DNA from: Bacteroidota bacterium
GTDB taxonomy: Bacteria > Bacteroidota > Bacteroidia > Palsa-965
NCBI GenBank assembly: GCA_016194975.1
Contig: JACQAM010000005.1
Span: forward strand, 7,536-71,535
Direction: 5' to 3'
Length of the DNA: 64,000 nucleotides
Positions 29,617 to 40,004 of the stretch are shown here, piece by piece (the first letter of the stretch is position 1; every line of letters starts with the position of its first letter). A program made the position numbers and the translations under genes. The notes beneath the pieces were generated by a model. It did not search any database, had not been told where the DNA came from, and saw only the letters and a list, made by a program, of their open reading frames with translations.

Positions 29617-30708
29617 GTGTTCAAGTTCATACTCAAACGCATACTCTATGGTTTCCTCGTTCTGTTCGGGGTGATCACGGTCGTGTTCATGTTATTCAAC
29701 GTGATGCCCGGCGATCCTGCACGTTTGAAAATGGGACAACGTTCCGATGAAAAATCATTGAAAGTAATCCGGCAGGATCTCAATCTCGATCTTCCTCTTC
29801 ACAAACAATATTTCATGTTCCTGAATGATCTTTCTTTCATTTCCATTCATGATGTGAATAAGCAGGACAGTACCACGAGCAGAATTTATCTCAACCCCGC
29901 GAAATACGGATCGCCGTACAAACTTTTCAAAGTCGGAAAAAACAGAATGCTGGTGATGAAGTCTCCTTACCTACGCAGATCGTATCGCAACCAGAGGCCG
30001 GTTTGGGATATCATCGAACAAACTCTTCCTGCAACTTTTGTACTCGCTATTACTTCCATCATCTTCGCTTCTGTTATCGGAATTCTTTTCGGAATAATTT
30101 CTGCACTCTACAAAAATTCATTCTGGGATCGTCTCGTTGCCGTGATCTCTACTCTGGGTATGGCGGGACCGTCTTTCTTTTTCGCACTCATCATCGCGTG
30201 GCTCTTTGGTTATTTGTGGAGAGATTATACCGGTTTGAAAAATATCGGAAGTCTTTACACGATGAATGTGCATACGGGCCAGGAAGAACTCACGCTGAAA
30301 AATTTAATTCTTCCCGCATTCACACTCGGCATTCGTCCGCTCGCACTCATCATTCAGCTTACAAGAAGTTCCATGCTTGAAGTTCTTTCTTTCGATTACA
30401 TACGCACAGCGCGCGCGAAAGGATTGAGTCAATTGAAAGTGGTGGTGAAACATGCTCTGAAAAATGCTTTGAACCCGGTGATCACTGCCATCTCCGGATG
30501 GTTTGCCGGATTGATGGCCGGTGCTGTTTTCGTGGAAGATGTTTTCGACTGGAAAGGAATAGGAAAAGAAGTGGTGGATGCTTTGTTCTGGCACGATCTC
30601 CCTGTTGTGATGGGATGCACATTAATATTTTCTACTTGTTTTGTCGTGATCAATATTATTGTCGACATCGTTTACGCTATTCTTGATCCGAGAGTGAGGT
30701 TGCAATGA
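29617..30708 (+). CDS. ABC transporter permease (DppB/OppB-like)
   Basis: PGDPA, DYIRTARAKGL (EAA loop), GAVFVEDVF.W.GIG, DLPVVMG, LDPRVR. Confidence 0.9.
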   Translation: MFKFILKRILYGFLVLFGVITVVFMLFNVMPGDPARLKMGQRSDEKSLKVIRQDLNLDLPLHKQYFMFLNDLSFISIHDVNKQDSTTSRIYLNPAKYGSPYKLFKVGKNRMLVMKSPYLRRSYRNQRPVWDIIEQTLPATFVLAITSIIFASVIGILFGIISALYKNSFWDRLVAVISTLGMAGPSFFFALIIAWLFGYLWRDYTGLKNIGSLYTMNVHTGQEELTLKNLILPAFTLGIRPLALIIQLTRSSMLEVLSFDYIRTARAKGLSQLKVVVKHALKNALNPVITAISGWFAGLMAGAVFVEDVFDWKGIGKEVVDALFWHDLPVVMGCTLIFSTCFVVINIIVDIVYAILDPRVRLQ

Positions 30709-31478
30709 GAAAAAAAATAATTGCTGCGAACTGGAAAATGAACAAGACCTATGGTGAAGCACTCATGCTTGCCACAGAAGTTGCTGCTATTGTAAGTAAA
30801 GAACATCATCCTTCTCTTCTCACTGTACTTGCTCCTCCTTTTCCTTTTCTCACTGCAGTTTCGCGTGCCGTAGATGGAACGGAAGGAATTATGATCGCTG
30901 CGCAGAATTGCCATCATGAAACAAGTGGCGCATTCACAGGAGAAGTTTCAGTTCCGATGATCATTTCCTGCGGAGCACATTTTGTAATCATCGGCCATTC
31001 AGAACGCCGGATGAAATTCGGTGAGACCAACGATCTTCTTTATTCGAAAATGAAAATTGCACTCGGCAGCGGATTACGGCCGATACTCTGCGTTGGCGAA
31101 TCTGAATCGGAAAGAAACAGCGGAAAACATTTTGATGTGATCAGCGAACAATTGCGTTCTACTTTATTTCATTTCGACGATGTTCTTGTCCGCCACGCAG
31201 CGATCGCTTACGAACCGGTGTGGGCCATTGGCACCGGAAAAAATGCAACCGCAGAACAGACGCAGGAAATGCACGCGTTCATTCGGAAAACTCTCGGTGA
31301 AAATTTCGGCGCTCCTGTTGCAGGAACCATTTCCATTCTTTACGGGGGAAGCTGCAACGCGTCGAATGCAAAAGAATTATTCAGCTGTGCCGATGTAGAC
31401 GGTGGATTGATCGGTGGAGCTTCATTGGATGCAGAAGAATTTTCCACCATCCGGAAAGCGATGCTCGAATTATTGTGA
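30705..31478 (+). CDS. tpiA: Triosephosphate isomerase
   Basis: ANWKMN, GHSERR, AYEPVWAIGTG, LYGGS, DGGLIGGASL. Confidence 0.97.
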   Translation: MRKKIIAANWKMNKTYGEALMLATEVAAIVSKEHHPSLLTVLAPPFPFLTAVSRAVDGTEGIMIAAQNCHHETSGAFTGEVSVPMIISCGAHFVIIGHSERRMKFGETNDLLYSKMKIALGSGLRPILCVGESESERNSGKHFDVISEQLRSTLFHFDDVLVRHAAIAYEPVWAIGTGKNATAEQTQEMHAFIRKTLGENFGAPVAGTISILYGGSCNASNAKELFSCADVDGGLIGGASLDAEEFSTIRKAMLELL

Positions 31479-31498
31479 GGGAGAATTACGAATTTTCC

Positions 31499-32962
31499 CT
31501 ATTGCAGTTCCGCCATCGCCACTAAGATCTTTTCCAATTTTCTTTTCATCACTTTCGGATCGCAATCATAATTATTGGCGAGAAGAGAAAAGCACAATAA
31601 TTTTCCGGACTTCGTGCGCACATAACCCGCATACCCTCGTGCACGATTAATGTAACCTGTTTTTGCATGCATATTATTTTCTGCCGCAGTTCCTTTTCCC
31701 AATGAAGTCATCGATCCGCTTTTTCCGGCAACAGGTAACGATTCAAAAAAAGAATTGAAATATTTTTGCGAATAAATTTTCTGAAGAATGGTTGCCTGCA
31801 CAAAAGGAGTAATGCCATTCGATCGCGCTAATCCACATCCGTCTGTCATGTAAAGTCCCGATGTATCCACTGCAAGCGAGCTCCAGTAATTTTTCACGAC
31901 TTGTATTCCCGCTTCTTCCGTTCCGGCTTTTCCTTTCAGCATTCCGAGTGTACGTAACACTTGCTCCGCATATGTATTATCACTGTTGATGTTCGTCGCT
32001 GCAATGATCTGTGAAAGGTATGGCGAATTAACCGCAACGATCTTTCTTCTCGGTAATGCCTGAAAATTATTTTCCATTTTCATTCTGCGAACAGTCGTTG
32101 CTTTTCCTGTGACGGAAAATCCGGATGCCTTCAATTCATAAAGAAAATCTTTTGCACACTGCATAGCAGGTTCAGGATCGGATGCATCCACTTCGTAATT
32201 CTTTTTCCCTGGCGGAATAGTTCCGCTTACAAAAAAATAATTCCCGAATGGTGCGCCATAAACAAGCGCTTGATCTTTTTTTCCGTCTGCCAGTACATTC
32301 GACCGATAATCAACTCCATCCGGTTTCGGAAAAATACTATCGAGCGTACAAGAATCTCCGTACATGGAATTGAAAAAAAGTTTTACCGAATTATCCTTGT
32401 AAGCAAGTCCACTCGTTCCCGCACCGTAGTATTGCCCAAGATCACTCCATTGCCAGTCATCAGGAATTGGATTCTCATCGAAACACGAAGCATCGCCGAT
32501 AATATTCCCATCGATCGAACGGATACCTTTGGCATTCATGGCAATTCTGAATTGAGCGAACAGTGAAACGCAGGTATCAACTTTACATTCAAAATATTTT
32601 GAATAAAAAGACGGATCTCCTGAACCGTGGATGTAAAGATTTCCGTGAATGACATGATGAATGCTGTCGAATGTTCCATCGTATTCAAGCGTAGTGGAGT
32701 AATAAAAATTTTCGCCCAGTAATCCCAGCGCCGCTCCGGTAGTCAGAATTTTTAATGTACTCGCAGGAATTAAATATCTCTGAGAATTTTTTTCTGCAAT
32801 TATTTTTCCGCTGTCGGCAGTCATCACACAAAATCCCCACGAGCCATGCTGCAAAACAGAATCCGAATCGAGCCGGTCGATCTCTTTCTGCAATGAAGCC
32901 GGAGTCCCCGCACACAGAAAAACAAAAGCGAGAAAAACAAAAAGGAAAATTCTACGAAACAT
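31499..32962 (-). CDS. dacB: D-Ala-D-Ala carboxypeptidase/endopeptidase, S13 family (PBP4)
   Basis: SxxK (PASTLK), SxN (SDN), KTG. Confidence 0.93.
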   Translation of the reverse strand: MFRRIFLFVFLAFVFLCAGTPASLQKEIDRLDSDSVLQHGSWGFCVMTADSGKIIAEKNSQRYLIPASTLKILTTGAALGLLGENFYYSTTLEYDGTFDSIHHVIHGNLYIHGSGDPSFYSKYFECKVDTCVSLFAQFRIAMNAKGIRSIDGNIIGDASCFDENPIPDDWQWSDLGQYYGAGTSGLAYKDNSVKLFFNSMYGDSCTLDSIFPKPDGVDYRSNVLADGKKDQALVYGAPFGNYFFVSGTIPPGKKNYEVDASDPEPAMQCAKDFLYELKASGFSVTGKATTVRRMKMENNFQALPRRKIVAVNSPYLSQIIAATNINSDNTYAEQVLRTLGMLKGKAGTEEAGIQVVKNYWSSLAVDTSGLYMTDGCGLARSNGITPFVQATILQKIYSQKYFNSFFESLPVAGKSGSMTSLGKGTAAENNMHAKTGYINRARGYAGYVRTKSGKLLCFSLLANNYDCDPKVMKRKLEKILVAMAELQ

Positions 32963-33197
32963 AAGAGGAAAAAATCTTATCGATCTCTGCCGCGAGTTTT
33001 TTGTCCTTCTCTGTAACAGTATTCCCTGCGTCGTGCGTGTTCAACGTGATCTCCACTTTATTCCACACGTTGCACCAGTCGGGATGATGATTCATTTTTT
33101 CTGCAACGAAAGCTACTCTCGTCATGAAAGAAAATGCTTCGGAGAAATTTCTGAATGTGAATTCTTTTTTTAATGAATTACTGTTTTCATACCACAT
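32952..33197 (-). CDS. phhB: Pterin-4a-carbinolamine dehydratase
   Basis: [25 protein letters not shown]. Confidence 0.9.
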   Translation of the reverse strand: MWYENSNSLKKEFTFRNFSEAFSFMTRVAFVAEKMNHHPDWCNVWNKVEITLNTHDAGNTVTEKDKKLAAEIDKIFSSYVS

Positions 33198-33228
33198 GAT
33201 CGTGATTTTAGACTAAGGTAGGGAAATT

Positions 33229-33320
33229 GGAAGATAGCGGATGGAAGATACTTATCACCGGCAGACAAGAAAATATTTTATTTAAAAGTTGAGCGGTCCA
33301 TCATTCATCTTCTATCTTCC
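33229..33320. repeat. Inverted arrays of degenerate 7-mers (GGAAGAT type)
   Basis: Left GGAAGAT-AGCGGAT-GGAAGAT; the right arm reverse-complements to GGAAGAT-AGAAGAT-GAATGAT. Confidence 0.6.
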
Positions 33321-33325
33321 CGATT

Positions 33326-34375
33326 CTACTTATGATAAAAATCCGTAAGATTCATGGTCAGCGTAAATGTATTCGTCGGACCGGCGAGATGATAAATGGC
33401 ATGTGCGTAACTGAAATTGAATTTGTAAACATGAATTCCGCATCCAAATGTAAATCCTGCCGCGCCATGTCTTGTATCCACGAGTAACTCTTTCCTGCGA
33501 TTATAATTGTAACCGAAGCGCAGCGTAACAACTTTTCCAATAAGCAATTCTCCGCCCACCACAAGATGACGTCCCACTTTATCATTGAACGATCTGAATT
33601 TACTAGTCTTGATGGAATCGCCGGTAAGCGGATCAACTAATTGAGGAGGATTATTCGGATCGATATAAGTGAGATCCCATTTCTGCAGATTCACGAATGA
33701 AAAATTAAAACGGAAAGGCATGTGTTTCGGTTTGAAAGCTATGCCGGCTTCCATTTCGAACGGAAGTTTTTCTTTATTCCATCCGGTGTACGCATTCATC
33801 ATCACGCCCGCATTACGCATGAGCACGCTCGCGGTGAAACTCGTGTGAGGAATTTTTGCCATCGCAGCAAGGTCAACACTCAATCCATTCGCTTTCCACA
33901 AATATAAATTCGACTGGATGAAGCGAAGATTTCCACCAATGGTAAAAATGCTATCGATCTGGCGACTGTACATCGCATTGATCCCATATTCCCCTGCTTT
34001 GAATTCTCCGATCTGTGCGCCGGTATTATCCGTCTCGTGAAAATTTCCGTAATCTATTCTCGTTGCATTCAAACCAAACGTTCCTACTTTATCTACATGA
34101 TAAGCAAATGCGGCATAACCATATTTGATATCGGAAATATAATCGGTAAAACTCAGCGCCATTTGTCCGCTCATCGAGGAATTGAGCAAAGACGGATTCC
34201 ATGTAGCAAGATTGATATCGTTATCATTGATGGCAACTGCTCTTCCGCCGAGTGCAGCCGCGCGCGCCGACATAGGAAGATCGAGCGAAGCAAAAGCATA
34301 GCTGCCACCGATCTGGGCAAAGGAATTTGTTGCAAGAAAAAAAGTGAAGAGAAAGAAATAATATTTTCGCAGCAT
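33326..34375 (-). CDS. porQ: Type IX secretion system outer-membrane protein PorQ
   Basis: QIGGSYAFASLDLPMSARAAALGG, NLQKWDL, LRFGYNYNRRKEL; adjacent to lon as in other Bacteroidota. Confidence 0.85.
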   Translation of the reverse strand: MLRKYYFFLFTFFLATNSFAQIGGSYAFASLDLPMSARAAALGGRAVAINDNDINLATWNPSLLNSSMSGQMALSFTDYISDIKYGYAAFAYHVDKVGTFGLNATRIDYGNFHETDNTGAQIGEFKAGEYGINAMYSRQIDSIFTIGGNLRFIQSNLYLWKANGLSVDLAAMAKIPHTSFTASVLMRNAGVMMNAYTGWNKEKLPFEMEAGIAFKPKHMPFRFNFSFVNLQKWDLTYIDPNNPPQLVDPLTGDSIKTSKFRSFNDKVGRHLVVGGELLIGKVVTLRFGYNYNRRKELLVDTRHGAAGFTFGCGIHVYKFNFSYAHAIYHLAGPTNTFTLTMNLTDFYHK

Positions 34376-34453
34376 GGAGGTTAAAGATAGGAAATACGAA
34401 CCGGTTGTAAAACGGAGAAAGTGGAGAGATATTGCGTTCGTTACGGAAAAAAT

Positions 34454-34591
34454 TCATTGCTCCAAATTCTCAAGGTAAAAAGCGGCAGCCAATTTTTCTT
34501 CATCAGTTTTCGTCAACCAGTACGAACGGTTACTTCCCTTTTTTTCATGAGAAGTTGCACGAAAAGCGGTTCTGTCTAATTTGAAATCCAT
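34454..34591 (-). CDS. 45-aa small protein (possibly truncated) below the ORF-track cutoff
   Basis: Manual translation MDFKLDRTAFRATSHEKKGSNRSYWLTKTDEEKLAAAFYLENLEQ*; resembles a small Bacteroidota family beginning F(R/K)LDRTAF. Confidence 0.55.
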   Translation of the reverse strand: MDFKLDRTAFRATSHEKKGSNRSYWLTKTDEEKLAAAFYLENLEQ

Positions 34592-34630
34592 GCTTCAAAA
34601 TTAAGGGGATCTCTAATAACTAATTTTTTT

Positions 34631-34707
34631 GCCACTAAGGCACCAAGACACAAAGATTAATAAAGTTTTTCTCTTAGTGTTTCTTAGTGCCCTTGTGCCT
34701 TTGTGGC
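34631..34707. repeat. Inverted arrays of degenerate 8-mers (CACNAAGR type)
   Basis: GCCACTAAGGCACCAAGACACAAAG vs CTTAGTGCCCTTGTGCCTTTGTGGC (25-bp arms), plus an extra CTTAGTGT unit. Confidence 0.8.
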
Positions 34708-34756
34708 GATATGTTTTTTTTTAATAATTAAGTTTTTAGAGATACTCTTAAGAAAT

Positions 34757-37270
34757 TCACTCCACGCTCTTCAGATTCGATTCCTTCTCTTCCCCGTCCG
34801 AACGGCTCGTCCTTGCGGGAGGCAATTTCAGATCGAGCGGATTTTTCACTTTCTCTTTTAGCAAAGCATATTGCAGCACCTCGATCATTCTTTCCACGTA
34901 ATGCACGCTCAGCCCTTTTAAATATTCTGCTTTTATCTCTTCCACATCTTTCCGGTTCTCTTCACAGAGAATGACTTCTTTTATTCCTGCGCGTTTTGCT
35001 GCAAGAATTTTTTCACGTATGCCTCCCACCGCGAGCACGCGCCCGCGTAAAGTAATTTCACCGGTCATCGCGAGATTTTTTTTCACTTTGCGTTGTGTGA
35101 ATGCCGATGCAATTGCGGTAAGCATGGCGATCCCTGCACTCGGCCCGTCTTTCGGTGTTGCTCCTTCGGGCACGTGAATGTGAACATTCCAGTGATCGAA
35201 TAATTCTGTGTCAATCCCGAAAAGTTCTCCGTGCGCACGCAGGTACTCGAGCGCGATCACCGCCGATTCTTTCATCACCTCACCGAGATTTCCTGTCAAG
35301 GTGAATTTTCCTTTTCCTTTGCTTAGCGAAGTTTCAATGAAAAGAATATCTCCGCCTACGGGCGTCCACGCGAGCCCTGTTACCACTCCTGCCACATCAT
35401 TTCCCTGGTAACGGTCTTTCTCATGCGCAGGCCCGAGAATTTTCTGCAGATCATCGATCGCAGGTTTGTTCTTATAAGAATTCTCCATCGCAATATTCTT
35501 CGCCGCATAACGAACCATTTTCCCTATTTGTTTTTCCATGGCGCGCACACCCGACTCGCGCGTATAATTTTCAATGATGTATTCGAGAATGGAATTGGAA
35601 AAAGCGATCTGGCTTTTTTTCACGCCGTGTTCTTCGAGTTGTTTCGGAATAAGATGATGGCGCGCTATCTCAAGTTTTTCTTCCGTGGTGTAACCCGGAA
35701 CTTCAATGATCTCGAGACGATCGCGTAATGCAGGTTGAATTGTTGAAAGCGAATTTGCAGTAGCGATGAACATCACTTTCGAAAGATCAAAATCGAGTTC
35801 AATATAATTGTCGTAAAAAGTATGGTTCTGTTCCGGGTCGAGTACTTCCAGCAATGCAGAAGAAGGATCTCCATGCCAGTCGTTGCCCACTTTATCTAGT
35901 TCATCGAGAACGAAAACAGGATTCGCACTTGCCGCTTTTTTTATGTTCTGCATGATCCGGCCCGGAAGTGCGCCGATGTAAGTTTTACGGTGTCCGCGGA
36001 TCTCCGATTCATCTTTGAGTCCGCCGAGCGACATGCGCACATATTTTCTTCCGAGCGCTTCCGCAATAGATTTTCCCAATGAAGTTTTTCCAACGCCGGG
36101 AGGCCCATAAAGACAGAGAATAGGCGCCTTCATATTTCCTTTCAGTTTAAGAACCGCGAGGTGTTCGAGAATTCTTTCTTTTACTTTTTCCATTCCGAAA
36201 TGATCGCGGTCAAGTATCTGCTGTGCTTTTCTGAGATCAAATGAATCTTGTGTGTATTCATTCCACGGAATATCAAGCAGCAATTCGAGATAATTCATCT
36301 GCACGGAATGTTCCGCCGCATTCGGATTCATGCGTTCGAGTTTGGAAAGTTCTTTCTGGAAAACATCGCCTACTTCCTTGCTCCACTTTTTATTTTTTGC
36401 GCGTTCGTGGATCTCTTTCAGTTCCTGTTCCATTGGCGAACCGCCGAGTTCTTCCTGGATGGTTTTCATCTGTTGCTGCAGGAAATATTCCCGCTGCTGT
36501 TTATCAATATCCACTTTCACTTTCGACTGGATCTGGTTTTTCAGTTCCAGCATCTGCATTTCTTTCGTCAGCAAAGTGAGCACCTGTGTTGCGCATCTTT
36601 TGAGATCGGCCATCTCCAGCACTTCCTGTTTTTCTTTTACCGTTGCATTGAGATTGGAAGAAATAAAATTGATAAGGAAAGATGTGCTCTCTATATTTTT
36701 CAATGCAACATTCGCTTCCTGCGGAATATGCGGATTAAGACGGATGATGCGCGAGGCGGTATCTTTCACTGAACCAATGATGGCGCTGAACTCAGAATCA
36801 TTTTTCTTCGGAAGCAATTCAATGAGCGGAGTGATCTTTGCTTTCAGGTAAGGCGCCGTTTGAATCGCTTCTCCAATGACGAAGCGGCGTTTTCCCTGCA
36901 TGATCACCGTGGTATTTCCATCGGGCATGCGCAACATTTTTATGATGAAGGCAACCGTTCCCACTTTATTGAGATCTTCAATTCCCGGATCTTCCACTGC
37001 ATCATTTTTCTGCGCAACAACACCGATCGTTTTATTTCCCTTGTAAGCATCTTTGATAAGGCGAATAGATTTATCGCGGCCCACCGTTATCGGGATGACC
37101 ACACCGGGAAACAAAACCGTATTTCGCAAGGGAAGTATTGCAATTTCTTCGGGCAAAGTCTCACTGTTCATCTGCTCTTCATCTTCCGGACTCATCAGCG
37201 GGATGAATTCCGTTTCATCATCTGCCAGGTTGTTCATGTGAATGTCTTCAAAAAATATACGGTTGTTCAT
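34757..37270 (-). CDS. lon: ATP-dependent protease La
   Basis: [32 protein letters not shown]. Confidence 0.98.
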   Translation of the reverse strand: MNNRIFFEDIHMNNLADDETEFIPLMSPEDEEQMNSETLPEEIAILPLRNTVLFPGVVIPITVGRDKSIRLIKDAYKGNKTIGVVAQKNDAVEDPGIEDLNKVGTVAFIIKMLRMPDGNTTVIMQGKRRFVIGEAIQTAPYLKAKITPLIELLPKKNDSEFSAIIGSVKDTASRIIRLNPHIPQEANVALKNIESTSFLINFISSNLNATVKEKQEVLEMADLKRCATQVLTLLTKEMQMLELKNQIQSKVKVDIDKQQREYFLQQQMKTIQEELGGSPMEQELKEIHERAKNKKWSKEVGDVFQKELSKLERMNPNAAEHSVQMNYLELLLDIPWNEYTQDSFDLRKAQQILDRDHFGMEKVKERILEHLAVLKLKGNMKAPILCLYGPPGVGKTSLGKSIAEALGRKYVRMSLGGLKDESEIRGHRKTYIGALPGRIMQNIKKAASANPVFVLDELDKVGNDWHGDPSSALLEVLDPEQNHTFYDNYIELDFDLSKVMFIATANSLSTIQPALRDRLEIIEVPGYTTEEKLEIARHHLIPKQLEEHGVKKSQIAFSNSILEYIIENYTRESGVRAMEKQIGKMVRYAAKNIAMENSYKNKPAIDDLQKILGPAHEKDRYQGNDVAGVVTGLAWTPVGGDILFIETSLSKGKGKFTLTGNLGEVMKESAVIALEYLRAHGELFGIDTELFDHWNVHIHVPEGATPKDGPSAGIAMLTAIASAFTQRKVKKNLAMTGEITLRGRVLAVGGIREKILAAKRAGIKEVILCEENRKDVEEIKAEYLKGLSVHYVERMIEVLQYALLKEKVKNPLDLKLPPARTSRSDGEEKESNLKSVE

Positions 37271-37429
37271 AGGATGGTCATTTTGTCAGAGAAATTAAAT
37301 GTGCTGATCTTATTTGCTTTCCGGGTTCTTATTTTACCAATGAAAAATCACTATCAGCACTTACTCTCCATTTCAATCGTCAACTCCTGTGCCATGCGCA
37401 AATACATGACTTAATGTCAAAAAAAAAAC

Positions 37430-38647
37430 TCAATGTTGTTTTTTTCGGAGTGAAGCAGTACTTCTGAAAACTTCGCGAAGCATTTCTTTTTCCCCGGCAG
37501 TAAGTTCCATTTTCCTCCGCGCACGCATACGCGCAATGGATTCAAAAGATTTTTCCGGTTCATAATCGGTGAATCCTTCCATTCCTCCCCAACTAAAATC
37601 GGGAATGAATTTTTGCGGGAAACCGCCGCCGAAAACATTCGAGCAAACACCAACAACAGTTCCTGTGTTGAACATGGTATTGATGCCGCATCTCGAATGA
37701 TCGCCCATGATGAGTCCATGAAACTGCATGCCCGTATCTTCCAATCCGCTGATCGCATAATTGTAAACAGAAATATTTCCGTAATTATTTTTCAGATTGG
37801 AACAATTCGTGTCGGCGCCAAGGTTGCACCATTCCCCGATCACGCTGTTGCCAATGAACCCTTCATGCGCTTTGTTACTGTTCCCGAAAAAAACAGAGTT
37901 CGATATTTCTCCTCCCACTTTGCAACTGTTTCCTATTGTAGTGTCGCCGTAAATTCTTGTTCCCATTTTTATGACCACATTATTTCCTATGGCAAGCGGC
38001 CCGCGCAAGAGCGAACCTTCCATGATCTCTGCGTTTTCTCCAATGAAGATCGGCCCGTTCGTGGTATTGAAAATACAGCACTCTGCGTTTACATTTTTTC
38101 CGGCAAGCACAGCATGTGTTCCGATAACACGATTGGTAGATGAGATTTTTTCGCTGTGCATGCCGCGCATTAATTCTATATCCTGAAGAATTGCTTTCCC
38201 GTTGTGAGAAAAAATATCGTGAAGCCGGTGAATGATGATACAGGGCGAATCTGTTCGTCTTACACTTACATTTTCATCGAGATGATCTTTCGCTGCAATG
38301 CGAATTCGATCCGTGGAATTACCATTGTTGAGTGCGATGACGGTTTCTCCTTTTACGATCGCTTCTTTTTGTTTCAATGCAAGAATTTCCACTACCAGTT
38401 CAGGCGAAGGAAGCACGCGCGAATTGATCCAGATATTCTGAAGGGAAGGATCGGGCGAAAATTTCCATTGAAATTTTTCGAGATGATCTGCCGTAGAAGT
38501 TGAGGATCCCGCCTGCAGCCATTTTTCCCATTTTTCACGAATCGTAAATATTCCTACGCGGAAATCGGCAACCGGCCTCGTGGTGGAAAGCGGTTGAAGA
38601 TGAGAACGGAAATCATCATCAAAAAGAATAATTTTCAGCGAGGGCAT
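37430..38647 (-). CDS. GlmU-like putative sugar nucleotidyltransferase with left-handed beta-helix
   Basis: PLSTTRPVADFRVGIFTIREKW, hexapeptide repeats, CKVGGE, NKAHEGFIG, GEWCNLGA. Confidence 0.88.
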   Translation of the reverse strand: MPSLKIILFDDDFRSHLQPLSTTRPVADFRVGIFTIREKWEKWLQAGSSTSTADHLEKFQWKFSPDPSLQNIWINSRVLPSPELVVEILALKQKEAIVKGETVIALNNGNSTDRIRIAAKDHLDENVSVRRTDSPCIIIHRLHDIFSHNGKAILQDIELMRGMHSEKISSTNRVIGTHAVLAGKNVNAECCIFNTTNGPIFIGENAEIMEGSLLRGPLAIGNNVVIKMGTRIYGDTTIGNSCKVGGEISNSVFFGNSNKAHEGFIGNSVIGEWCNLGADTNCSNLKNNYGNISVYNYAISGLEDTGMQFHGLIMGDHSRCGINTMFNTGTVVGVCSNVFGGGFPQKFIPDFSWGGMEGFTDYEPEKSFESIARMRARRKMELTAGEKEMLREVFRSTASLRKKQH

Positions 38648-38686
38648 AAATCGGAATTTCGGGAAAGGATTGTTTTTTCAAAGTTC

Positions 38687-38717
38687 AAAAAAAATCCCCC
38701 CGCTCAGTGCGGAGGGA
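38687..38717 (-). terminator. Intrinsic terminator after rpmE
   Basis: Minus strand TCCCTCCGC-loop-GCGGGGGGA followed by a run of T. Confidence 0.75.
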
Positions 38718-38740
38718 CGGTAATAAATTGAGAAAGAATG

Positions 38741-38992
38741 TTACTTCTTTTTCTCGTACCGGCTGCGGAATTTGTCGATGCGGCCGGCAGTATCCACCAG
38801 TTTCATCTTTCCGGTATAGAAAGGATGTGATGTATTCGAGATCTCGAGTTTTACAACAGGATATTCTTTCCCGTCTTCCCAAACGATGGTATCTTTTGTT
38901 TCAGCAGTTGAACGTGTGAGAAACGTGTAATCGTTCGACATGTCCTTGAACACAACGAAGCGATAATTTTCCGGATGGATTCCTTCTTTCAT
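38741..38992 (-). CDS. rpmE2: 50S ribosomal protein L31, type B (zinc-free)
   Basis: [25 protein letters not shown]; no Cys pairs. Confidence 0.96.
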   Translation of the reverse strand: MKEGIHPENYRFVVFKDMSNDYTFLTRSTAETKDTIVWEDGKEYPVVKLEISNTSHPFYTGKMKLVDTAGRIDKFRSRYEKKK

Positions 38993-39116
38993 GACTTTGT
39001 TTTTATTTCCGTATCACGTACGGGGCGACAAAGATAGAAATTGTTGCGTTTGTTGCAAAAGTTCGACAGAAACCAAATTATTAATATGGTATAAATAATT
39101 GAAAAACAATTACTTA

Positions 39117-39896
39117 TTAGTTTTTTATTAATTTGTTGATCGAAGTTCCGTTTTCAGTTTTCAGCGTCACGAAATAAATGCCGCCCGCCAAACCTGATAC
39201 ATCAATATTCTCCTTCAATTCTGCGGATGAAGAAATATTTCTGGTCATTACAGTTTGTCCAAGCTGATCCGTGATCACGATCAGTGATTCTGTTGGTGAA
39301 GAAAATTCTGCTGTGGCTGTGAAATTATTTTCTGCCGGATCGGGGAACAGATCAAAATTTGTGACCGCATTATTGACATTCATACCGGCGGTGAATGCTA
39401 CGGTAACCATCTGGCAAGCGGTGCAACCATTGGCGTCGGTAACACAAACTGTATAGTTTCCCACGCAAAGCCCCGTGGCATTCGGCCCCGTTCCTCCTGA
39501 AGGAGACCACATGTAGGTATAGGGCGGTGTTCCTCCTGAAGCTGTGGCGGCACCGGTTCCATCGCAGCAGGAACTGCAGCTTGCGGGCATGGTTGTGGCA
39601 AAAACAGAAAGAACAGGAGGTTGTGTTATAGTACAACTTGCAGTAGAAGTGCATCCGACAGCATCAACGACTGTTACGGTATAGCCGCCGGCACAAAGTC
39701 CCGTTACGTTTTGGGTGGTCATTCCGCCTGGCGACCACAGATAAGTGTATGGAGAAGTGCCGACCGGGAATGCAGTGGCAGAACCCGTACACATTCCATT
39801 GCAAAGGATGTTGGTGAATTGAATTTGTGTGAAGCATTGCGCGCTGATAAAAAAGGGCAAAGCAACTCCGAGAAAAAGCAGGTAGATTTTTTTCAT
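39117..39896 (-). CDS. SprB-repeat protein with T9SS type A sorting domain
   Basis: Two C.G.C.G.A...GT.PYTY.WSP.G...GLC.G.YTV repeats; CTD LFPDPAEN...DVSGLAGGIYFV...KLIKN. Confidence 0.88.
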   Translation of the reverse strand: MKKIYLLFLGVALPFFISAQCFTQIQFTNILCNGMCTGSATAFPVGTSPYTYLWSPGGMTTQNVTGLCAGGYTVTVVDAVGCTSTASCTITQPPVLSVFATTMPASCSSCCDGTGAATASGGTPPYTYMWSPSGGTGPNATGLCVGNYTVCVTDANGCTACQMVTVAFTAGMNVNNAVTNFDLFPDPAENNFTATAEFSSPTESLIVITDQLGQTVMTRNISSSAELKENIDVSGLAGGIYFVTLKTENGTSINKLIKN

Positions 39897-40004
39897 AAGT
39901 GGGATTTTTAGTGAATAGCCAATACTAATTTAGTGATTTCCGTTCACCCCGAACAATAATTCAATGGGAAACACGTCTTAAAAGCGATTCAGTAACTTTA
40001 CCGC

